A stretch of DNA of 60,224 bases, from assembly GCA_042572165.1 (NCBI GenBank), contig JBHPFF010000002.1, positions 1 to 60,224 on the forward strand, written 5' to 3'. A program made the translations under genes and the position numbers. This stretch comes from Candidatus Latescibacterota bacterium. GTDB lineage: Bacteria > Latescibacterota > Latescibacteria > Latescibacterales > Latescibacteraceae. Below are positions 27,522 through 35,313 of the stretch, one piece after another (within the stretch, counting starts at the first letter, position 1; the number at the start of each line of letters is the position of its first letter). The notes under the pieces were generated by a model that was not told the DNA's origin, did no database searches, and saw only the letters and a program-made list of their open reading frames with translations.

Positions 27522-29249
27522 ATGGTTAAGCACTGGCTCTTATTTCTAACACTTTTTGCGGTTTCCTCAGCTGCAACAGCACAAAATGAGGATCGAGGGT
27601 TCCAACTCCATCCCAAGCAGTACGAGCGCGGAGTGGACGTGGATGCAAAAATGTTCATTGGCGACTGGCGCGATTCCATTTACAGGGTTAAGTTCGGTAG
27701 CCTGGTAATCAGGGATATTTTTACGCCAAATCTATCCGGCAACCCGCTCAAGCCTTCCGGCAAAGGTGAGGTGCTTGAAGTGTACAAGGAATTCGCGCAA
27801 TGTTTCCTTGCGGCCAACACCATAACCACGCCCACAACGCTTGCCGGTGAACAGGCGGTTTTCTATGTCACCGCGGGAACTGCCCAGATCTCCGCCGGAG
27901 ACAGGATCTACTGCTTGGAAATCGGCTCGGCGGCGCTTGTTCCCGCAGACCTCGAATTCACCCTGAAAAGTGGCCCCGACGAAGAACTGTCTATGCTTAT
28001 GGTCATCGAACCGATAGTTGGGGACTTTACTCCGAGAAAAGACCTGTTTGTACGAAATGGAAAAAACTCCCATTACGCAAGTTCCGGACACTGGTCAAAT
28101 ATCTCTGTACCACTCATTGGCAAAGATGATGGCCTGTGCGTAATGCATAGTTTTTTTGAAGTCCTTATCATGCCCCATAAAATTGCCCGGCCGCACGCAA
28201 GTCTCGGCTTGGGTACTGACGTCAACTGGTACTGCGTTGAAGGCGACTGGACAAATTTGGGCAAGCAGATATGGAAGTTCCGTCCGGGTATGGCCTTTAA
28301 GAATCCTTCCGATGGCCGTGTATACCACTCAAACATCAATACCTCCGAAAAACCGATCAAGTTCATACATATCCGTTCCGAGAGTCCACAAAGCCTGTAT
28401 GGCAAATACATGGGTGAGCAGAAACGGGATGAATTCTACGCTCTCCACGGCAATCCCGACGCCAATGTCGATACTGACATGTTCGTTCATTCATGGAAAC
28501 ACAAAGAACCCAGAATTGAGCATGGGGCCATACGGGTAAGCGATATATTTACCGAAAACACCTCGGAGGATCCACTCAAGCCGGAGAAGAAAGGCGCAGT
28601 CCTCGATGTGTTCAGTGAATATGCCTGGGGTGTGCTTGAGCCCGGCGAATCAACCACCAAAGAAACGCTTTGGGGTGAGCAGAAGGTTTTTTACTTCACC
28701 GGCGGCGAAGGCGAAGTTACCGGCGGAAAAGACACGGTACAGTTCAACGGATACACCGGTGTCCTCATTCCCGAGGGCCTGAGCTTTCAAATCAAAAATA
28801 CCGGCAATAAATCTTTGACAATGCTTATTTTGGGCGAAAAAACCTACAAAGGATTCAAACCCCGAAAAGACATGCTCGTTATCAAGGAGGGTGAAAAACC
28901 TCTCAGTGGAACGTACAGCCACTGGAACAATATTAATAAGCCTATCTTCGGAAAAAACAACGGCATGGCACGCTTGGTAGGCTTTGGGGCAGTTTGGCTC
29001 TCTCCAGCCACCATGGCGCAGCTGCATGCCAGCAGGGGATTGGGCACTGATGTTCTGTGGCTTGCCCTGGAAGGCGATATATGGTCGGTTCTGGGCCAGA
29101 CACTCTACCGTCTCGAACGCGGCATGGCGTTCAAGAATCCTTCTGATGGTCTGATATACCACGGCAATATCAACACGACCGAGAATATGATTAAACTGCT
29201 CTGGACTCGCTCAATTTCACCGGAGCAGGCAGAAAACCTCGGTAAGTAA
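27522..29249 (+). CDS. Secreted tandem bicupin (two fused modules, both with the substituted H-A-S...D site)
   Basis: AAGGAGG RBS and Sec leader. Module 1 has RPHASLGLGTDVNW (28194-28229). Module 2, from nt ~28440, has QLHASRGLGTDVLW (29025-29060). The module architecture matches 15061..16749. Confidence 0.75.
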   Translation: MVKHWLLFLTLFAVSSAATAQNEDRGFQLHPKQYERGVDVDAKMFIGDWRDSIYRVKFGSLVIRDIFTPNLSGNPLKPSGKGEVLEVYKEFAQCFLAANTITTPTTLAGEQAVFYVTAGTAQISAGDRIYCLEIGSAALVPADLEFTLKSGPDEELSMLMVIEPIVGDFTPRKDLFVRNGKNSHYASSGHWSNISVPLIGKDDGLCVMHSFFEVLIMPHKIARPHASLGLGTDVNWYCVEGDWTNLGKQIWKFRPGMAFKNPSDGRVYHSNINTSEKPIKFIHIRSESPQSLYGKYMGEQKRDEFYALHGNPDANVDTDMFVHSWKHKEPRIEHGAIRVSDIFTENTSEDPLKPEKKGAVLDVFSEYAWGVLEPGESTTKETLWGEQKVFYFTGGEGEVTGGKDTVQFNGYTGVLIPEGLSFQIKNTGNKSLTMLILGEKTYKGFKPRKDMLVIKEGEKPLSGTYSHWNNINKPIFGKNNGMARLVGFGAVWLSPATMAQLHASRGLGTDVLWLALEGDIWSVLGQTLYRLERGMAFKNPSDGLIYHGNINTTENMIKLLWTRSISPEQAENLGK

Positions 29250-29383
29250 GAGTCATTACAACATAAAAATTATCAAAGTCATAATTATTACGCTTATTTC
29301 TCGGTCAAACAATATATGTTTGAACAAGTCATTTAGTATTATGCAACAAATACAATCAAACGCAAGCGAGTTACACTTTCCTA

Positions 29384-30487
29384 ATGAATTTTTTAAAACG
29401 GAGTGGAACCATGTATCACGAAAATTCTAAAAATATACTGATGAAAGGACGTCGTCGTTTTTTATTTCAACTTTCGGCTATGACTGCTTATTCACTCTCT
29501 TCTTTGAGAAAATCCTATGCCGCACCTATGACTGGTTTGGAGAATAGCCGTGTTTCGTTTGTAACAAGTTCTGATACAAGAGATGCGGCTTTAAGTTCAT
29601 TGGAACCTTTTAGGAATGAAATACGGGAGGCAATCGGAAACAAACAGGTTGTCATTAAAGCGAATATCGGTGCTTTAAAAGAGGGACATTATTGCTGTGC
29701 TACAGATGTGAATCAGCTTCGCGGAATACTCGATTTTCTCAAACCGATCTATAACAGAAAAGTGATAATTGCTGAGGGATGTTCAACCGATCAACAACCT
29801 ATTGGAATATTTTATGAAAAACTGGGATATTTATCATTAATGGATGAATATAACATTCAACTTATAGATTCCAATGATCAACCGGTTACAACTAAATTCA
29901 TCAAATCCGAAAAACAACATCCTCTCGGAGTTGATATTATAAATACTTTTCTCGATCCGAATAATTACATGATTTCAGCAACCCGACTTAAATCACATGG
30001 CACTGTCATTGCTACATTGTCCTTAAAAAACGTATCGATGGGATCGGTCATTAGTCGCTATTGGCAGAAAGATAACAAGGATTGGCGTGATAAGAAAAAA
30101 ATGCATTCAGGGGGAGGCAGGGGACTGAGTTATAATATGTTTCGTTTGGCAACATACGGGGTACAACCTGATCTGGCGGTGCTTGACGGAGTTATCGGTG
30201 TCGAGGGAGAAGGACCAGTGATGGGAGATCCAATAGAACATGGTGTTGCCCTTGCCAGCACCGACTGGGTGGCAGCTGACCGTCTCGGTGTGGAATTAAT
30301 GGGTGTCGATTATAGATATATTAAGTATGTGCAGTGGTGTGCAAACGCCGGGATGGGCATTGATGATCTTAAAAAGATTGAAATAATAGGACCCGATTAC
30401 ACAAAACATATTAGAAAATACAGGATGCGTAAGAATTTTGATAGACAACGTGTGTGGGTTCAGGAAGATTTCGGCTATGGTCAATAA
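29384..30487 (+). CDS. Tat-signal DUF362 domain protein (paralog C)
   Basis: Leader GRRRFLFQLSAMTAY. Motifs VVIKANIG, VIIAEGC, ISATRLKSHGTVIATLSLKN, LDGVIGVEGEGPVMGDP and ALASTDWVAADR. The start may instead be an internal Met (nt 29411 or 29441). Confidence 0.7.
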   Translation: MNFLKRSGTMYHENSKNILMKGRRRFLFQLSAMTAYSLSSLRKSYAAPMTGLENSRVSFVTSSDTRDAALSSLEPFRNEIREAIGNKQVVIKANIGALKEGHYCCATDVNQLRGILDFLKPIYNRKVIIAEGCSTDQQPIGIFYEKLGYLSLMDEYNIQLIDSNDQPVTTKFIKSEKQHPLGVDIINTFLDPNNYMISATRLKSHGTVIATLSLKNVSMGSVISRYWQKDNKDWRDKKKMHSGGGRGLSYNMFRLATYGVQPDLAVLDGVIGVEGEGPVMGDPIEHGVALASTDWVAADRLGVELMGVDYRYIKYVQWCANAGMGIDDLKKIEIIGPDYTKHIRKYRMRKNFDRQRVWVQEDFGYGQ

Positions 30488-30909
30488 AATCGTGTCCTGC
30501 CCCCATAATTTATACCACATCTTAAGTTAGTCATGGCGCCGAGTTTTGGGCTACCGTTGTTGTTCGATTCTTCTTCGCTCAACCTCACAACAACGGCTGG
30601 GTGACTAACACAACAGGTAGTCCGACTTTCGGGGGCAAGGTCATTGGTTGGTGACTGATCCCCTGAGCGACGACATAGCCCGATTAATAAGCATTTGTGG
30701 AACAAACACCAAAACCTTATATTATTATTTAGATTGATAACACATTGATAAATTATTGCTCATTTAAAAGTATAGTGTGTATGCGCAATCTCGTTTCAGA
30801 TTTGTACTTTTCCCTTGGTTATTCAGGTTTCTTTAAGATGTGCGCGTTTTTTTAAAAAAAGATACATACTGTCTCTACAATGTGCTTTTTTAAAATCCAT
30901 AAAACATAA

Positions 30910-33087
30910 GTGGAGGCAAAATTGAAGTATCTTTTTTTTATCATAGCTATAATCTCAACATTGCTTTTCTCATGGATACCCTGCACAGAAGCTCAAATAA
31001 CCGCGGTTTACACAAAAAATCCCGTTAAACTCGATGGTGTCCTAGACGAAGCTGATTGGGCGAAAATCACACCGACAACTGCGTTTTATCAGCAGGAACT
31101 TATCGAAGGTGCCCCCATCTCCGAACGTACAGAACTCAGAATCATGTACGACAAAAACAACATCTATGTGGGCGTAAAATGTTTCGATTCTGAACCAAAC
31201 AAAATCATCCACAAAGCCCTTATGATCGGAACAAATCTCTCGGGCGACGATCAGATAACAATTACACTTGACACGTATAACGATAATCGCTCCGGCTACA
31301 ACTTCTCGGTAAATCCGATCGGTGCAACCTATGACGGCACATTCCTGGGTGGCGATGCCGATTTTAATCCTTCATGGGATGGAATCTGGCATACACGGTC
31401 ACGAATATCTGAAATCGGATGGACATGTGAAATAGTGATCCCTTTTAAAACTCTCCGTTTCCCTGCTACAGAAAATCAGGTATGGGGATTTAATTTCCGA
31501 CGCAACATCCGGCGTAAAAACGAGGAAGCACTTTGGAAAGCATGGAAGAGAAATGAGGGACTGACCATGCTCTCTAAAGACGGCACACTCACCATTCCCG
31601 GCAATTTCAGCGCGGGAAAGCAGCTTGATGTAATGCCATATGTCCTTGGTGGTGTTGAAGATGCATCAGGAGAAAAGAAAGAAAACACCTTCAAAGGCGG
31701 TATCGATCTCAAATACGGTATCACTTCCAACACAACGCTCGATATAACAATAAACACGGATTTTGCCCAAATTGAAAGCGACACCGAGGTGGTTAATCTT
31801 ACCCAGTTCAACCTTTCCTACCCTGAGCAGCGACCTTTTTTTCTGGAAAATTCCGAGCTATTCAAATTTTCACAGGGGATGAACAACGTATTTTATTCGC
31901 GCAATATCGGGATTACACCTGACCGTAATTCTGTACCAATCCTTGGTGGAGTCAAACTATCTCAGAAACGCGGTAAATCCAACCTTGGCATTCTGAGTGT
32001 TCAAACCGGCGAAGACGATAGATTTTCCGGAGCAAACTACAGCGTTGTCCGCATGAAACGTGACCTGTACAAACAATCCTATATTGGAGCAGTCGCAACC
32101 AGTGTATATAACGACAATCCGCTTGTGGATAATACTTACCGATCGAATTTTGTTACCGGTGCCGATCTGGTCCTGAGAACCGACTCTTTTATGGGTGACA
32201 AAAACCTCGAACTTCAGAGTTACCTTGTCGGCTCTATCACCGACGGTTCAGCTCACGAAAGTCTTTCCGGGCGCATTTACGTTGCTTACCCCAACGATAT
32301 ATTTTACGCATACATGCTCTTCCACTCTCTGGGCAACGAATACAATCCCGGGCTCGGGTATATCAGCAGAGACGCAGGGTGTCTGCAATACATGGGGCGT
32401 TTCCAGTACAATCCAAGACCTAACATCCCATTTATCAAACAGTTTCAGTTCGAACCTTTCATGTTTAATTACTATACCGACACCCATAGACGGATGATCG
32501 ACCGTACACTCCAGTTCTCACCTCTGGGATTAACAACCAATTCCGATGACAAATTCGAAGTTGTAATCACCAATGAGTACGAAATTGTTGATAATAATTC
32601 CGGCATTTTCGGTAATGATTCAGATGATCTAGTCCCGTTCGGTGCTTATGAATGGATGGATTACAAAGCACAATTCTCTTCAAGTTCGCGCAGGATGTTT
32701 ACGGTTGACTTGGGTACAACAGTTGGTGATTTTTATAATGGAACACGTAACGGCTATGAGGCGGAATTTGGCGTGAATACTTCTCCTCACTACCGTGTGA
32801 CCGCAAACGCTAACTATAACAATCTCGGCTTCGGCAAAAGAAATATTATCAAACGCTACTATGGCAGCAGGCTCTATCTTTATTTCAACGTTCGTACATC
32901 CGCAACAACCTTTGTCCAGTACAATAACGACACGGGTGAAGTCAATGTGAATTTTCGCTTCCACTATATTCCAAAAATCGGGAGCGACATCTATATTGTC
33001 TACAACCACCTGATGGACGAAACACAAAATTACACTACCCTTCAGAGTATGGCAATGTTAAAAATTAATGCCACGATAAGATTTTAA
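30910..33087 (+). CDS. DUF5916-like protein: N-terminal CBM9-like domain plus a large beta-rich (outer-membrane-like) domain
   Basis: Non-ATG start (GTG 30910 or TTG 30922) with a signal peptide. LDGVLDEADWAKI...IMYDKNNIYVGVKCFDSEP...ITLDTYNDNRSGYNFSVNP fits the family pattern. The protein ends in an aromatic residue (..TIRF). Confidence 0.6.
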   Translation: MEAKLKYLFFIIAIISTLLFSWIPCTEAQITAVYTKNPVKLDGVLDEADWAKITPTTAFYQQELIEGAPISERTELRIMYDKNNIYVGVKCFDSEPNKIIHKALMIGTNLSGDDQITITLDTYNDNRSGYNFSVNPIGATYDGTFLGGDADFNPSWDGIWHTRSRISEIGWTCEIVIPFKTLRFPATENQVWGFNFRRNIRRKNEEALWKAWKRNEGLTMLSKDGTLTIPGNFSAGKQLDVMPYVLGGVEDASGEKKENTFKGGIDLKYGITSNTTLDITINTDFAQIESDTEVVNLTQFNLSYPEQRPFFLENSELFKFSQGMNNVFYSRNIGITPDRNSVPILGGVKLSQKRGKSNLGILSVQTGEDDRFSGANYSVVRMKRDLYKQSYIGAVATSVYNDNPLVDNTYRSNFVTGADLVLRTDSFMGDKNLELQSYLVGSITDGSAHESLSGRIYVAYPNDIFYAYMLFHSLGNEYNPGLGYISRDAGCLQYMGRFQYNPRPNIPFIKQFQFEPFMFNYYTDTHRRMIDRTLQFSPLGLTTNSDDKFEVVITNEYEIVDNNSGIFGNDSDDLVPFGAYEWMDYKAQFSSSSRRMFTVDLGTTVGDFYNGTRNGYEAEFGVNTSPHYRVTANANYNNLGFGKRNIIKRYYGSRLYLYFNVRTSATTFVQYNNDTGEVNVNFRFHYIPKIGSDIYIVYNHLMDETQNYTTLQSMAMLKINATIRF

Positions 33088-33260
33088 TTTCCCATTCTCC
33101 GGGATAAACAGCGGGAATATGAAGACTGTGTGAAACGATGGAACTGAGGCTAGTTTATAACCTTTGGAAAAGTGAAAAAACAGTTGCAATTCCTGAAAAC
33201 TACACCTTAAATTTTAACTGAAAGTGTCCAACTTATTCTGACGACATACAGTCATCATCG

Positions 33261-33410
33261 TTGAGGAAGATGCTGGAAGTGCTGCTGGCCATCAAACGAG
33301 ACCCCGTTTTGCTTGAGAAGTTCACATCAGTCTATCGAAGCTCAGGAAGTAAAAAGAAAGCGATTGTCGCCGTTGCCTGCAAGCTGACTGTTCGGATGCG
33401 GGCAAAATGA
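33261..33410 (+). mobile_element. IS110-family transposase remnant (last ~50 codons only)
   Basis: Reads LRKMLEVLLAIKRDPVLLEKFTSVYRSSGSKKKAIVAVACKLTVRMRAK*. This matches the conserved C-terminal ...GK..KVAIVAVARKL... tail of IS110-family transposases. An upstream in-frame stop means nothing more of the gene is present. Confidence 0.6.
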
Positions 33411-33433
33411 AATGTTTTGTGGTGTTTGGAGGT

Positions 33434-34690
33434 ATGAGAATGAGAGTACATGTTCTGTTTCCAATAATTTTAGTCGCACTCTCTTTTACAGAGAAAATAT
33501 TCGCGGGAGAACAAAACTATAATTTTGATGGAAAAATATCCCGCAAGGTACTTGAAAACTACTTGGACCGTTCAATTACAATGCAGGGATTTCTCCATGA
33601 CGAGAAAACATCTCCTGGTTTCACAAAAGCTCAGAGTGAAGATAACATTCGTATGATCATGAATATAGGTGCAAAATTCATCGGTAGGGCATTTTGCGTA
33701 TGGGGGAATGAACCGGTTATGGTTGATCAGATCTCAAAAGCTGTACCACTCATTACTAGAATTCACAACATTGATCCCGATATCATCCTACAGGGAACAC
33801 TTTTCGAGATTATGACAAGTAAAGTAAGCAGTATTCCTGTACCGGAGTGGGTGTTTCGGGAGTTTTACTTGGAACCTGAAAATCGTACTTTCAATTATGA
33901 TGCAATGCTTTACCAGGATAAAAACAGGATGGATGAATGGGGTAAGGGGCTTTCCGTTCCCGACATGAAACAGCTCGAAACCCGAATGTGGTTCTTTTAC
34001 ATTGCAGCAAGTTATATCGATGTGGGCATTGAAGCGATCCATTTCGGACAGATAAGACTCATGGATGACCGGGATCCGGATCTCATCTATTGGCGTGATA
34101 TATTACGACGTATTCGACACTATGCACTGAGAAATGCTCGACGGCACTGGGTACTCTGCGATTCCCACACGCCTCACGGTGATTCGAAGTCAGTTGTTGA
34201 CGGGATGCTTCTTTTCGATTTTAACAGTTTCATCATGAAGGTTCAGGGATTAGCTGATTCCTCTCCCAGTGGTGAACTGAGGATGGGTGCAATGCGAACC
34301 GTCTATGGCCGAAGTCCGGGAGGAATGACTCCCAGTGGTTGGGAGTGTGATCATATACCGTATCTCATTGAGATAGACAACTATGGCTACAGCGGTCGTG
34401 GCGGTGAATTTGGAGTGGGTTCGGGATCTTCGGGATGGATTTGGGGATATGACGAGATCACCTGGTTCGCGAACAAGGACACTCAAGGCCGGAACCAGTG
34501 GCTCCGTTACAGCTGGAATTGGATTCGGGAACATGATTCTAATGGACATTTTGAGATGCCGGGGAGCCGTACTATTTCATCCCATATCGGGGGGAAAAAT
34601 TGGTATTTCGCCAATACCGCAAGCGATGCTTTTCCTGATGGTTTCAATCAGGAAGAAACGATAAAACTGATTTGGTTACAAGATGAGTAA
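33434..34690 (+). CDS. Secreted hypothetical protein, function unknown (possibly a glycoside-hydrolase-like barrel; speculative)
   Basis: Long ORF. I prefer the start at MRMRVHVLFPIILVALS (33434) over 33407, because the 33407 ATG overlaps the stop codon of the IS110 remnant (33408-33410). It has a signal peptide and no motif I recognise. Confidence 0.55.
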   Translation: MRMRVHVLFPIILVALSFTEKIFAGEQNYNFDGKISRKVLENYLDRSITMQGFLHDEKTSPGFTKAQSEDNIRMIMNIGAKFIGRAFCVWGNEPVMVDQISKAVPLITRIHNIDPDIILQGTLFEIMTSKVSSIPVPEWVFREFYLEPENRTFNYDAMLYQDKNRMDEWGKGLSVPDMKQLETRMWFFYIAASYIDVGIEAIHFGQIRLMDDRDPDLIYWRDILRRIRHYALRNARRHWVLCDSHTPHGDSKSVVDGMLLFDFNSFIMKVQGLADSSPSGELRMGAMRTVYGRSPGGMTPSGWECDHIPYLIEIDNYGYSGRGGEFGVGSGSSGWIWGYDEITWFANKDTQGRNQWLRYSWNWIREHDSNGHFEMPGSRTISSHIGGKNWYFANTASDAFPDGFNQEETIKLIWLQDE

Positions 34691-35313
34691 GCCTCGATTT
34701 AACCCGGTATTTATTTTGAAATCGAGCTTTGGAGTCTTCTCAAAGTTGTCAGCCAAAACATTGATATGATTCCAGAAATAGAATCAACAATTATTATTTT
34801 GATAATATGTAAGTTATATAAGATTCATCAAACAGAAAAGAGAAATGGGAAAACTCCGGCTTGCCTGTAAATATGTTTTTTAATGAAATACCTAATTAAG
34901 TTGCGGGAGATTTAACACAAATACTTGAGGTAACTGAAATTAAATGCAAGATACAGTTATTTTTTTGCAGAAAATATCAATTTAAGGATTAGTCTGCCTT
35001 TGCATGTATACCATTTTGTTTACAAACCTGCACGTCTTCAATGAATTAGCTGGTTATTTTTTCTTGGCTTTAGCGTTTTATACATCAAATTATTTTGCTA
35101 TAAATTGTTTATTCTAAATTCAGAATAAATAGTTTCTTAACAGATAAGTCACAATTAATTAAGAAAAGTAGTATTGAAATAGTAAAATATTTTTTTTATA
35201 TTTTCATGTTAATTCAAATTTTAATTATCTTATAACTTCAAATTATTTTTTGATACGAGGAATGTTTGATAATAGTTTATTTTAATTGTACCACAAAGGA
35301 GAAGATTTCGAAG

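Noticed and set aside
30560-30575. A GTTCGATTC string resembling a tRNA T-loop.
   Set aside because: The flanking bases cannot form a T-stem, and no acceptor or anticodon arms can be drawn. It is not a tRNA or tRNA fragment that I can support.
30481-30705. 74-aa minus-strand ORF in the spacer after DUF362-C.
   Set aside because: It has no RBS, an odd composition (Cys/Arg/Ser/Asn runs), and coincides with the self-complementary GC-richer stretch. It is more likely non-coding.
33407-33433. The ORF-track start at 33407 for the secreted 427-aa protein.
   Set aside because: This ATG overlaps the stop of the IS110 remnant and adds a non-signal-like MKCFVVFGG extension. The Met at 33434 begins a typical signal peptide, so I moved the start.
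35266-35313. The upstream non-ATG start given by the ORF track for nfnA. Similar cases are 41222 for the radical SAM gene, 47211 for the periplasmic protein and 41166 for tsaB.
   Set aside because: In each case an internal ATG with a good RBS, or a family-typical N-terminus (MYAILEKK; MKYIYGPVPSRRLG; MMKKKSF signal peptide; MNILGIETA), is the more credible start.
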